Of a stretch of DNA of 64,000 bases, positions 39,501 through 47,514 are shown in pieces. The first letter of the stretch is position 1, and each line of letters opens with the position of its first letter. The notes below the pieces were generated by a model. That model was not told where the DNA came from. It was given only the letters and a program-made list of their open reading frames with translations, and did not search any database. The stretch is from assembly GCA_023252215.1 (NCBI GenBank), contig JAHEXG010000002.1, positions 16,315-80,314 of the forward strand, given 5' to 3'. Source of the DNA: Candidatus Altiarchaeales archaeon. GTDB taxonomy: Archaea > Altiarchaeota > Altiarchaeia > IMC4 > QMZM01. The translations under genes and the position numbers were made by a program.

Positions 39501-41516
39501 ATAATTTTTGTATGTATCTGAATTCCGTTCTAAATCAGTTACGGCCATGTTGCTCCTGCCTACAGAATCCAAATTTAGATTTGGATCAGCGAACACATCC
39601 TTGTATCCATTATACATCGTCAGGTAATTTGAAAGATTCGAGACGATAAAATCGGGATTGTTATCTGACGATATTTTTGGATAATTGAATTCATTTATAC
39701 CCCGGTTACTCCAAGTCCATCCAACTATAACGCGAGGATCTCTTTGATCTCCGGTTAGAGGGGGATTATTAAACGGATCTTTGTAATGCCCTGGGCGCAT
39801 AGGTTTAAAGGAGGTATCATACGTTTGCTCGCTCCACAAGATATGACAGCCCTTTTCAGTTTCCCCTATGTCGGAGGTAAACTGGTCTGTGCTCGAACCA
39901 TCCTCAGAAGCAGCTAACGAAGGCCATGGAACAAAATAGTCGGAGGAGAAAAGAGCTTTATCAGCTCCTACACCTTCTTTTAACTGCCCTCTCATATGGC
40001 GTATCATGTTAGCATAGGCGTCTAGAGTAAAAGTGTCATTTACATTTAGTCCAAGATTCGAATTACCTTGACTGTTAAGTTTTATCTTTAAATCAGATGC
40101 ATAATCGCTGTTATACACGCCATAAGGAGTATCACTAGGGTATTCAAGGTGAGATATTCTAGTTGCACAGGTTTCCGCAGAACCAAATTTTATTGGGAGA
40201 TTATATGTTTCACCGCCGAGCGTATTGAGTAAATCGCCGCCCATAACAAGTCTCCCAGTATCGTCTACAAAAAATATGTCAAAATCGTAATTCTTCACAA
40301 GCCAACGAAACTGTTTCACCATATGATAATGATAACTGGGGTCATCAGCCCAATTCTCACCTTCAGACAGATCATCGTCAATTTGTTCCCGAGAAAATCC
40401 AGAACCGTCCTCAGCAGTAACGCCCGTCTTGGACACACCATAAGGAGACGCAGTAACGGCATAAGATATGGGGGTCCCCTCGAGTAAAGTCAATCTTTTA
40501 ACAACACCTGAACTATTTTTTTCAACCCAGCCATCAGCCATTAGGTCTGTTTTAGGATTGGGAGAAAGTTCGCATCCAGGAACATGAACAGGGTCATACA
40601 AACCGATAGGATCCATATAGACAGTTACTTTCATCCCATACCTATGAGCAATATCAGATATCTCTCGTATTTTTTTTCTTGCATCAGTAATCGAATAAAT
40701 GCCTAAAGAATTAAAGTTTCCTCGACGGACAGAAGCAGTCATAGGTGGCGTAGAATAATAGCTATTTCCATCCTCGCTTCCTGGAAACCAGCAGCTTGTT
40801 AATTTATTATTAAAAGGACATTCACAGCTACCTTTTTGGAGTGCGGGTTTAATTGTGCAAGCTTCATCCTCGCCGTAGGAATACCACAAATACGCCAAAT
40901 CTAATACGTTTAGCCCATAGCCGGATGCATACTTGATTACTCGTTCCCATTCGCTCGTCCACATTGAATCGATCTTTCCCTGATCTCCCGCGTAAGGTTT
41001 AAGCTTTTCGAAAATTGTTTCCCAGTCGCTTACGGCAACGTAATAGGTAAGCGTCCTGTAGTCCTTCGAAACCCCGAATTCGTCCACGTAGAACCTAAAT
41101 TCTGAGGAGGTACTATTGAATTTAGCGATAACCTTGAAATTTTGACCTACGAAACTGAACCCGCTGGGGGACTTCCAGGCAGCATAGTTACCGGAATTCC
41201 AAACCATGTTAAAATATTTTGTTTCGCCGGGAGCGACAGAAATGGATTTAGAAAGCTGGCCTACCTGGCTATTACTTCCATTATAAATTAAGAGCTGTAG
41301 AGTACCAGAAGCCGTACTTGAACCACCGTTCTGGATAACGGTTGTAAGGTTAACATCACCCCCAGATTTGAAAACCCGCTCAGGATTCCCTAAAGGGTCG
41401 GTCGTCTCCACCGAAACAACCAACGCAGCTAACGCATTATCAGCTAGAGCTAATATCATCAATCCAAGTATTAAAATTTTGCATAAAGATTTAGCATTGA
41501 CCTTTTTTGTTTTCAT
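33564..41516 (-). CDS. Giant secreted surface protein (2650 aa) with signal peptide, PPC-like domain, thrombospondin-type-3-like Ca-binding repeats, dockerin-like repeats, cohesin-like module, three LamG/concanavalin-like domains, DUF2341-like domain and poly-Thr linkers
   Basis: Signal peptide MKTKKVNAKSLCKILILGLMILALA. Ca-binding repeats DSDGDGNADYYDCDDDNDGVFDKNDNCPFD. Dockerin-like DANRDNKVDYSDLLILATAYG and DENGYVNYGDLLTLSTSYG. Cohesin-like VKVNDIFTVQIASTPLDGIYGYSFRLYYNSSVLNV...VVTFMA. LamG-type units duplicated. DUF2341-like LRFVNRNGSTALPYWVE. Confidence 0.85.
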   Translation of the reverse strand: MKTKKVNAKSLCKILILGLMILALADNALAALVVSVETTDPLGNPERVFKSGGDVNLTTVIQNGGSSTASGTLQLLIYNGSNSQVGQLSKSISVAPGETKYFNMVWNSGNYAAWKSPSGFSFVGQNFKVIAKFNSTSSEFRFYVDEFGVSKDYRTLTYYVAVSDWETIFEKLKPYAGDQGKIDSMWTSEWERVIKYASGYGLNVLDLAYLWYSYGEDEACTIKPALQKGSCECPFNNKLTSCWFPGSEDGNSYYSTPPMTASVRRGNFNSLGIYSITDARKKIREISDIAHRYGMKVTVYMDPIGLYDPVHVPGCELSPNPKTDLMADGWVEKNSSGVVKRLTLLEGTPISYAVTASPYGVSKTGVTAEDGSGFSREQIDDDLSEGENWADDPSYHYHMVKQFRWLVKNYDFDIFFVDDTGRLVMGGDLLNTLGGETYNLPIKFGSAETCATRISHLEYPSDTPYGVYNSDYASDLKIKLNSQGNSNLGLNVNDTFTLDAYANMIRHMRGQLKEGVGADKALFSSDYFVPWPSLAASEDGSSTDQFTSDIGETEKGCHILWSEQTYDTSFKPMRPGHYKDPFNNPPLTGDQRDPRVIVGWTWSNRGINEFNYPKISSDNNPDFIVSNLSNYLTMYNGYKDVFADPNLNLDSVGRSNMAVTDLERNSDTYKNYPTIYPSTDGIIPDPGINYDLAITGVLTYSSPLRPTGKRYVIHAVQEKNGGKALTRFYYAPVLLKLPANTQTNHIEIKLLSGDLYDGKNIETDLTTKTNLWRRCDSVGIPKSDGDYISVDIPTKIYSVVVVDILSTPSCLYDSDGDGVKDCRDTCLSTYGPECNSGCPESAAVSNAGDYYCANAPVISPDSVVKATYTPDLNYLWRGFYKVSFSSPGVVYLSMSSSADYDLYVSSACGSEPFCTSRTIGSETESCVISNSGTYYIEVDMDSGSGEFRLSAKRDSDGDGNADYYDCDDDNDGVFDKNDNCPFDRNPGQMDYNHNYIGDVCDPIGGLAGDANRDNKVDYSDLLILATAYGSNKGQQNYDIRSDFDENGYVNYGDLLTLSTSYGTGKSVSSATNQAKTTKLGLKSFEGPSATISAVPSASQVKVNDIFTVQIASTPLDGIYGYSFRLYYNSSVLNVTGVSSGDYLSSCSSRYNVSANKPGVVGIDFACLEPKASAGTALSVVTFMAISPGNVILDLTDSEINFEYGNEAAITESDGIVTVIGAECSYCWPDARGMDTKNCIAANGCPGMQVRYCSCDIGKWGAWQACGTNGIMCSDGICRTSCTTTTTTTTLPATLISVSFRSPTPSNNSLVGPNGAVLNVSLSTGSGRTLDSLRFNWNGVNYSIYDKDLVLGQSFNGNTRIGESSTLFVDVSGQGNNGSCDLAGGKCPSYVSGRFGSALSFDGSNDVVTVPNSESLNFERTDSFSFEAWVYRRSSLSVPILAKMSSDPYTGYGFEINSDRLSFELIYNWFRTRLIKRSAAIIPVNTWYHVAVTYGGDGSPQMYFNGVSVGVDTVFDTLGSSSIKSSAPFTIGSRVDGGTINGSIDEVRVYRRKLSAQEVWFHYQSEVQKYNSTEYRFYCNLSNLGVGTYTYYAWANDSAGNKAQTDNGVRTVRVGTTTTTSTTTTTSTTLATTLIGVVFRSPTPVNNSQVSPNGAVFNVSVSPGSGNVLDSMWFNWNGVNYSVYDKDLVLAQGFNNNTALGESSIRFVDASKYKNNGSCDLAGGKCPAFVGGKYGKAVSFDGYNDVVTVPTSDSTSFDRTDSFSFEAWVYRRTTAHSPIVAKMNSDPYMGYGVEIFADGKIYLELINNWFTSRMSKRSVSTIPLNTWYHVAIAYGGDGSPQMYFNGVSVATEVDADNLGSNGIKSAAALTVGSRVDGGTMNGSIDELRIYRRKLSAQEVWFHYQSEVQKYNSTEYRFYCNLSNLGVGTYTYYAWANDSAGNKAQTDNGVRTVRVGTTTTTTTTTTTMTTTTTTMTTTTTTMTTTTTTMTTTTTTMTTTTTTTTTTTSTTRTTTTTTTTTTTTTQSASVLPGFAKRVPVNISVAKNATNLGLFFKVTYDSDMKPDFSDLRFVNRNGSTALPYWVENVNNGSWAEVWIKADSLNTKNGTQLWLFYGNASAVSQSNGSKTFLFFDDFNDGVVNSAWTKLQSEASINEANGYLETPECGESGYQTCMNGYAYVYLNLSKAPIGLNISKPYLVGVKSWNAEDNTGGETAQTGLWRVAPNQVWPLDAAFFHHGDPNNNIGYYSGFNGSASFGQYVPVQDRWFMEGFRFDGTNMSLYFNGTKRNTFAWPYKSGFVSLGKTGGSEASVDNNRWDDLYVAEYVFPEPQTVFGAEQNNVGTLVTTTTTTTTTLALLSFKTPTETNGATINRSFAQVNVSNTAAISGLSLYWNGTTYRVLDGSLALAYNFNNISAAGDSATKVGDVSSKGHVGNISGAVWSRSGKYNGAMFFDGVDDQVDVNGTLGGAAELTVIAWVNVNATTGTFQSIVGTPDSCMVHMQLNAIGNMAVFTSSGGINLPIIAQTPTGVWRHIAITAKSGNLTLYQDGSVAGYATTAFSSITPCSTVKIGSGISGRNFKGLIDEVRIYNRALSQKEISMFYQSELQKYSSTEWRFYGNLTGLENGKSSYYFSANKTAGGSGTTETRTVTMNV
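35531..35640 (-). repeat. 21-bp tandem repeat, about 5 copies, inside the giant gene, encoding (TTTTTTM)n linker
   Basis: Unit cattgtagtggtcgtggtagt repeated head-to-tail. In-frame on the reverse strand. Confidence 0.85.
35645..36876 (-). repeat. 1020-bp tandem duplication inside the giant gene; 212-bp blocks (35645-35856 and 36665-36876) are 100% identical, the remainder about 75% identical
   Basis: Direct comparison of the two segments in the sequence. Encodes duplicated LamG-containing units ending ...SAQEVWFHYQSEVQKYNSTEYRFYCNLSNLGVGTYTYYAWANDSAGNKAQTDNGVRTVRVGTTTT. Confidence 0.9.
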
Positions 41517-41737
41517 AAAACACCTCTGAGGAGAGTATTCAGATTTAGACAGAATATAATAGAAAAGACCTTTTCAACAGCTATCAATCCCTTGTCCTTC
41601 CACATAGCAAGCAGTTCCTCCCGGGACGGCACCCGGACTTTTTCATATCTTGCGCAGTATGAGTTGTTTAGAAAGTCAAGGATATAACACTTCTCAGCCG
41701 GAAAAATATTTTCTTGGTTTTTCATTTGGGGAAACAC
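41513..41737 (-). CDS. Small hypothetical protein (74 aa) translationally coupled to the giant gene
   Basis: Stop overlaps the giant gene start (ATGA). AT-rich promoter-like region upstream. Confidence 0.35.
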   Translation of the reverse strand: MFPQMKNQENIFPAEKCYILDFLNNSYCARYEKVRVPSREELLAMWKDKGLIAVEKVFSIIFCLNLNTLLRGVL

Positions 41738-41916
41738 CTCGAATAATTTTCTCCGTTTATACTTGTACAGGCAGAGTATAAAAAGCCCCGTCCAATGTTC
41801 TCTTTAATGATAAATCATGATAAATATTGTATATATGTCATGATAGATTATGATGATTTTGTACTACATTATATAGTTTTATTGATAGCAAAAAAGAATG
41901 ATCGCATAACAGGCCA

Positions 41917-43312
41917 GGTTGTCCCATAATTCTTTGTTTGAATTTGTGTTTGTGTATTTATACTTTCTTTCGTAAATCATTATGCAGAGGCGCATTTGTT
42001 ATGGCTTATATTGATTCTTTTAAGGGTCAGAATTGGCTTCTTCCGCCTAGTATTCGTGATATGATTCCGGGGGCCATGTCTGTTTTTTTGTTGAGGATTT
42101 TGTTGATTCTTTGGATTATTCAGGATTTGATTCTGTTTATGAGGACGCAGAGCATCCTGCTTATCATCCTCGTGTTTTGTTGAAGGTTTTGGTTTAGGGT
42201 ATGATGTGCGGTACTCGTTCTTCCCGGAAGATTGCGCGTGCTGCGCGTGAGAATTTTGTTTTCATGTATTTGGCTGAGCGATTATGTCCTGATATAAGAT
42301 GATTGAGGAGGACAATACCTTGGATGATTTGAAAGATGAATTGTTTGACGGCAGGGAAGAAGGCTTAACCGGCGTTGATAGGCGTGATTTAAAGCGTATT
42401 GTGCGGGAGTACAATGAGAGTGAAAACAAGAAGCGGATTAAGAAAAAAATAGGTAAGGCCAAGACGGAGCTTGAAGAGCATGGTTTGAAGAAGGTTTCTC
42501 TTTCGGATCCTGAGCGTCGCATGATGCAGAATAAGCATGGAGTGAGTGAGTTGTGCTATAATATTCAATTGGGTGTTTCCAGTAATCAGATTGTTTTGTC
42601 TTCTGATGTCTGCCAGGATAAACATGATGCGCATCAGTTTATTCCTCAGATGAACAAGCTGCGGGAAAACGTTGAGCTGCAAAAGAACACAAAAATCGGC
42701 GTGGAATGCGCTTACAGCGACAGGGAAAACATCCATTTTGCGGAGGATAAGGGCTTGGATTTGTATGATCCTTCGAGGGCGCAGACTCAGGAATTAGATT
42801 GCAAGGAACAGAATCTCAATCACGACCATTACGAATATGATGAAAAGCACAATGAGATCATTGTAGATGGAACAAGGTATCGATATCGTGGTCCTTATAC
42901 GAGAAATAAGAGCGGGAGGACGCTTGTCACCTTCTACAATCCGCAGATAAAGAAGAAAAAAGACCGTCCGTCCTATTTTAGGGAGCGTCTTAGAATGAGG
43001 AATAAAATGTCCACACCTGAAGATAGACGGATTTATAATCAGCGTAAGACAAGCGTGGAGCCAGTGTAAGGAAACCTGAAAACCAATCGGGGTTAGGGAA
43101 TTTTTACTGAGAAGAAGGGAAAAAGCAAAGATCGAACTAAATTTAGCGTGTATCGCGCACAATTTGCAGAAAATACATCGAATGATGGGCGAAAAAAGCG
43201 GGGTATTGACCCGAAAAGAGGGACGTTTTTTAATTCAACCCCCCAAAAAAAAAGCTTCAGTACCTCAAAAACCAAAAACGAATTATGGGACAGCCTCAGA
43301 CATTTAAACGCC
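41917..43312 (+). mobile_element. IS1182-family insertion sequence remnant with 16-bp imperfect terminal inverted repeats
   Basis: Left IR GGTTGTCCCATAATTC (41917-41932) and right IR (reverse complement) GGCTGTCCCATAATTC (43280-43295). Internal transposase fragments. Lower GC than flanks. Confidence 0.6.
42001..43312 (+). pseudogene. IS1182-family DDE transposase, inactivated by at least 5 frameshifts
   Basis: N-terminus MAYIDSFKGQNWLLPPSIRDMIP then a frame change. ...VCFFVEDFVDSLDYSGFDSVYEDAEHPAYHPRVLLKVLV and ...RSSRKIARAARENFVFMYLAERLCPDIR lie in other frames. Middle ORF 42299..43069 holds SDPERRMMQNKHG...YNIQLGV...SSDVCQDKHDAHQ. C-terminal FGNLKTNRG / REFLLRRREKAKIELNLACIAHNL is again shifted. 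Confidence 0.65.
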
Positions 43313-43380
43313 CTTTTTATGCATTGAAGCAAATATAATAGTAGTATTACGAAATTGTAAATAGTATTACTGGTGAAAAT

Positions 43381-43674
43381 ATGTGGTTGATAACATCTTT
43401 TGTCGCGGCAATACTCGTGACTGCGTTATGGGCGTATGCTCCGAAGAAATACAAGCTGAGTTTTTTGGCTTTGATGCTCTGGGGGCTTGCAGTGATGATA
43501 CTGGTGGACCATGTGATGGGATACGAAGGCTCGGGCTCGTTCCTTGAAATGGAAACGGAAGGACTTATCGAGAACGGGACGGTTCTCGGTATAGCGATGC
43601 TGATACCCGTATTTATTATATGGGAGATCGCACTAGTAATATCGAAAACAAAGGGGGAGATAACGACGAGGTAA
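43381..43674 (+). CDS. Small membrane protein (paralog A)
   Basis: 97 aa, 3 TM segments. Shares LMLWGLAVMILVDHVMGYEG / LNAMLWGGTAGLALEHVAHGE with the next gene. Confidence 0.5.
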   Translation: MWLITSFVAAILVTALWAYAPKKYKLSFLALMLWGLAVMILVDHVMGYEGSGSFLEMETEGLIENGTVLGIAMLIPVFIIWEIALVISKTKGEITTR

Positions 43675-43680
43675 AAAAAA

Positions 43681-44016
43681 ATGGCATGTTTTAGCGCACC
43701 AACGGCCGTTGCTATTGTTACAACGGCCTGCAGGAAAAAGATACCGGAAAAGTACCACATAAACTGGCTTAACGCGATGCTCTGGGGAGGAACCGCAGGG
43801 CTGGCATTGGAACACGTCGCCCACGGGGAGATAGTGCCCTATTTCCCCTTTCTGACGGCCATGAAGAGCGCACAGGATACCGCAGTCATGTTCCAGGAGA
43901 TATTGACCGTAGGAGTCGGTATGCTTGTCGTCTGTTTGATCGTCTGGGCATTAATGGTGTTCGTTGCCTGGAAATTAGAGGCAAAGGCCAAAAACGTAGT
44001 TACGCAGGCGGTATAA
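43681..44016 (+). CDS. Small membrane protein (paralog B)
   Basis: 111 aa. Paralogous to the preceding gene, 7-nt spacer. Confidence 0.5.
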   Translation: MACFSAPTAVAIVTTACRKKIPEKYHINWLNAMLWGGTAGLALEHVAHGEIVPYFPFLTAMKSAQDTAVMFQEILTVGVGMLVVCLIVWALMVFVAWKLEAKAKNVVTQAV

Positions 44017-44099
44017 GTAAAAAAGTCCGGACGCCGGAGAATCTGTGCGTCAAGCTTCTTCTTTTAACTTTTTATTCGGAAAACGCCTAAGATAAATCC

Positions 44100-45347
44100 A
44101 TGGCTTATCCAAGAGCAAGAACACCGATAGCTTTATCGCTTATACTGTGCGTTCTGCTATTTTTCTGCGGATGCGCAGGCAACAAAGGGACTGCCGTCAC
44201 AACCACCACCCAGTTCATTACCGCGACAACGCTGCCGGTTCAGAATACCCCCGCAGCCTCGTTCGGAGAATACGCCACATTCTACACCCGCATGGTTTAC
44301 GCAGGGAACCTGGGAGGAAAGCCCGCATATATCGTATCAAATGGCAATGTATCGAATGGCAATAAAAAACTCATATTATACGACGGAAAAGAGATAGGAG
44401 CGTCCTATGATCAGGCTCTTATGCCCGCGCTCATCGCCGGAAAATTGTTCTATGCGGGCGTCAAGAATAATAAATACAGCGCAGTATATGACGGACAGGA
44501 AATTGGAAAAGATTTCTTCTCCATCTGGTCTCCCGGCGAATACCTGGGAAAGCCCATCTACGTCGCCGAGAAGATAGGAAAAAGCGTCCTTATTTTTGAC
44601 GGGAACGAAATAAGCAACGCAAGCTACGACTACGTCTGGTCCTATGCAATAATAAACGGCAAGATCGCTTATCTTGCATCAAAGGCAGGGGAGACGTATA
44701 TCGCCAAAAAAATCAACCCCCAGACTTCGGAGTCCAGGAGAGACATCCCGCCAGAGGGGGTGAAATCGGTCATAGTCTATGACGGAAAGGAGTATGGCAG
44801 GGAATATGACACCGTAGGCTTCCCGATGGGTATCAAAGGATCGCTTGCCTTTATCGCTCTCAAAGGCGCTAAAAAATTCACGGTTCTGGGCGGCATGGAG
44901 GGCACGAAATACGACGACATACACGAACCCCTATTATACGATGGGAAGACCGCGTACATAGCCGAGAAAGACGGGAAAAGCTTCCTTGTATACGACGGCG
45001 CGGAGTATAAAGCATACGACCGCATTGACCCAACCTCGTTGAAGAACATCGATGGAAAAATGTCTTACCGGGCCGCTGATCCAACCACCAAAAAAGGAAA
45101 ATACTTCATAGTATATGACGGCGCAGAGATTGGGAAAGACTACGACAACGTCCTCTCATTTGCCGCGTTGTCAGGAAAGCAGGCTTATGTTGCGGATAAT
45201 AAGACAACACGCTCAGTTGTCTACGCCGGCGGGAGCAGCGGGAAAGCATACAGCGCGATTGACCCGGACTCGCTTGCATTCTACGACGGGAAGCTCATGT
45301 TCACGGCCCAGAAAAACGGCGTATGGTACGTCGTATCGGAGGAATAA
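44100..45347 (+). CDS. Lipoprotein with about 9 tandem 36-40-aa repeats (YDGxEIGxxYD periodicity)
   Basis: Signal/lipobox LLFFCGCAG. Repeated K..Y[IV]AEK.GKS.L[IV]YDG.E.G..YD units. Confidence 0.7.
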   Translation: MAYPRARTPIALSLILCVLLFFCGCAGNKGTAVTTTTQFITATTLPVQNTPAASFGEYATFYTRMVYAGNLGGKPAYIVSNGNVSNGNKKLILYDGKEIGASYDQALMPALIAGKLFYAGVKNNKYSAVYDGQEIGKDFFSIWSPGEYLGKPIYVAEKIGKSVLIFDGNEISNASYDYVWSYAIINGKIAYLASKAGETYIAKKINPQTSESRRDIPPEGVKSVIVYDGKEYGREYDTVGFPMGIKGSLAFIALKGAKKFTVLGGMEGTKYDDIHEPLLYDGKTAYIAEKDGKSFLVYDGAEYKAYDRIDPTSLKNIDGKMSYRAADPTTKKGKYFIVYDGAEIGKDYDNVLSFAALSGKQAYVADNKTTRSVVYAGGSSGKAYSAIDPDSLAFYDGKLMFTAQKNGVWYVVSEE

Positions 45348-45348
45348 T

Positions 45349-45783
45349 TTGAAAGAGGAACCGGTTGCAAGGATAGCGATATCGCTCCCGCCAAAGCTCC
45401 TGGAAAAATTCGACGAGATGAGCGAAAGGATGGGCTACGCGAACCGCTCGGAAGCGATAAGGGACGCTGCGAGAAACTATATACTCAAAAACGAGCTACG
45501 AAGCGTAAAAGGAAAGCGAGTAGGAGTTATCTCCATAGTCTACGACCACGACGTGCGCGGAGTAAACGACGTATTGATCGACCTGCAGCACAGGTACCAT
45601 GACGTAATACAGTCAAGCACGCACCTGCACCTGGACGAACACAACTGCATGGAACTTATCATGGTCAGGGGCGAAGCAAAGAGGATAAACGAAATAAAGG
45701 ATCGGCTGACGACCGTTTCAGGCGTGACCCACAGCGACCTGTTGATAACTGGGATCGCTGCAAGCCACGAGCACGCGCACTAA
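45349..45783 (+). CDS. nikR: Nickel-responsive regulator NikR (ribbon-helix-helix plus C-terminal metal-binding domain)
   Basis: RHH ARIAISLPPKLLEKFDEM...RSEAIRDA. C-terminal H/C ligands HLHLDEHNCMEL...HEHAH. TTG start 6 nt after GGAGG, 1 nt after the lipoprotein stop. Confidence 0.7.
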   Translation: MKEEPVARIAISLPPKLLEKFDEMSERMGYANRSEAIRDAARNYILKNELRSVKGKRVGVISIVYDHDVRGVNDVLIDLQHRYHDVIQSSTHLHLDEHNCMELIMVRGEAKRINEIKDRLTTVSGVTHSDLLITGIAASHEHAH

Positions 45784-45834
45784 AAAAAAAGAATAAAGGG
45801 AGGTAACCTCCCGGACTATGCCTGCATTCGTTGC

Positions 45835-46665
45835 CTATGCGCCGGGCATGCCTGCTGTGAGGTCTATGGGTTCTGCAGGGGGTACAAAGTCTGAGTCAGA
45901 TACGCTGGTTTTGTAGTTTGTCGCTTCCTGCACTACGTGCATGCCTCCGCTGTTGCTTTCCGAGTACAGCAGTACTCCGTCGGGGGAAATGCAGTAGGTG
46001 TAGTCCCCTGAAGGCATGCCGCCCGGTACCCCATTTGCAGTTGCACTTATTGTTACCTTGTAGCATTTGGCTGTTACTCCCACAATGACCCGGTCAGTTA
46101 GCTGCGAAACAACGCTTGTGTCTATGCTCTTTTGTATTACATCTGCCTGCTTCTTTGGGTCCTGGGACGTATCCTGCTGGGGCATCTTTATGCAGCTCCA
46201 TGCTGCGCCCTGCTTGTTGCACACTATGTAAACATTGGATGACAGGTAGACTCTGGATTCCCCGAGGCCCTGCGTTTGGGCTAAAGTGTCCATACGCAAC
46301 TTATCCGCCTTTACGTAGTAAGCCATCTGCCCGTTATAGCTGTTCTGGGCACCTCCGGTCATAGTGGTATCATATGCCACCATATACTCCTTTGCGCCGT
46401 TCTGGAACAGGCTCTTAACCTGCGCGTTAAGGTCCGTACCGGTGCCAGAATTTCCGGTAGCCTGCGTATTAGCAACAGTAGTCACTGTCTTTGCTCCAGC
46501 AACAGTAGTCACCGTTTGACCTGCATTCTCCTGGCCGGCCGCCTGCGTGGTTGACGTCTGCAAAGCAGCCTGTTGAGGCGGACTATTGCATCCGGCGTTA
46601 ATCAGCAGCGTAACCAGAAAGACCGCAAATAAAACATTTTTCACCATCGACAAGGTTGTTTTCAT
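45835..46665 (-). CDS. Lipoprotein, hypothetical
   Basis: Start set at MKTTLSMVKNVLFAVFLVTLLINAGC (lipobox), because the longer track ORF overlaps the SDR gene. Thr/Gln-rich linker. Confidence 0.55.
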   Translation of the reverse strand: MKTTLSMVKNVLFAVFLVTLLINAGCNSPPQQAALQTSTTQAAGQENAGQTVTTVAGAKTVTTVANTQATGNSGTGTDLNAQVKSLFQNGAKEYMVAYDTTMTGGAQNSYNGQMAYYVKADKLRMDTLAQTQGLGESRVYLSSNVYIVCNKQGAAWSCIKMPQQDTSQDPKKQADVIQKSIDTSVVSQLTDRVIVGVTAKCYKVTISATANGVPGGMPSGDYTYCISPDGVLLYSESNSGGMHVVQEATNYKTSVSDSDFVPPAEPIDLTAGMPGA

Positions 46666-46741
46666 AATTGTAATTGTGTTTTGAGAGTATAAAAAATTCC
46701 CAAAAACCTTTATTTCCTTTTGGTCTCCCATAAAATAACCT

Positions 46742-47497
46742 ATGAAACTCAAAAACAAGGTCGCAATAATCACAGGCGCATCCTCCGGCATCGGCCGGGC
46801 CATCGCAGAGCTTTACGCCGCAGAAGGGGCAATGATCGCGGTCGCAGACCTGGACGAAACAGGCGGCACTGAGACAGTTGATATCGTCAGGGAAAAAGGA
46901 GGATATGCCTTATTCGTAAAAACGGACGTATCCAAAGCCCGCGAAGTTGCCAGCATGGCCAGACAGGCCATGGAAAAATACGGCAGAATAGACATACTGG
47001 TGAACAACGCAGGGATCGAAGGAAAAAGCGCCTTAACCGCAGACTACCCGGAAGAAGACTGGGACAGAGTCCTTGCAGTGAACCTGAAAAGCGTTTTCCT
47101 ATGCTCTAAATACGTCATACCAGAGATGTTCAAGAACTGCCAGGGAGCGATCGTAAACATATCTTCCATCGCAGGCATGACGGCATTCCAAAAAGCCCCG
47201 GCATACGCAGCATCCAAGGCAGGAATAATAGCGCTGACACGCTCTATGGCAATCGAATACGCGCCGAACAACATCAGGGTGAACTGCATCTGCCCCGGCA
47301 TAATCAAGACCCCTATGGTGGAAAGGTCCACGAAAGGAAGCCTGGACGCCGAAAGAAAACTCATAAGAGAAGAACCCCTTGGAAGGATCGGCAAACCGGA
47401 AGAAGTCGCCAACGCGGCACTCTACCTCGCATCCGACGACTCATCATACGTAACAGGCTCAGCCCTTGTAGTAGACGGGGGCTGGACCATCAAATAA
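46742..47497 (+). CDS. SDR family oxidoreductase (FabG-like)
   Basis: TGASSGIGRA cofactor motif, NNAG, YxxxK catalytic (YAASK). Confidence 0.85.
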   Translation: MKLKNKVAIITGASSGIGRAIAELYAAEGAMIAVADLDETGGTETVDIVREKGGYALFVKTDVSKAREVASMARQAMEKYGRIDILVNNAGIEGKSALTADYPEEDWDRVLAVNLKSVFLCSKYVIPEMFKNCQGAIVNISSIAGMTAFQKAPAYAASKAGIIALTRSMAIEYAPNNIRVNCICPGIIKTPMVERSTKGSLDAERKLIREEPLGRIGKPEEVANAALYLASDDSSYVTGSALVVDGGWTIK

Positions 47498-47514
47498 GCC
47501 AGAACTAGCCTCGG

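Noticed and set aside
45115-45783. 222-aa ORF upstream-extended NikR
   Set aside because: Extension overlaps the lipoprotein gene in another frame and is Arg/Ser/Thr-rich. The RHH domain begins right after a GGAGG-TTG start at 45349.
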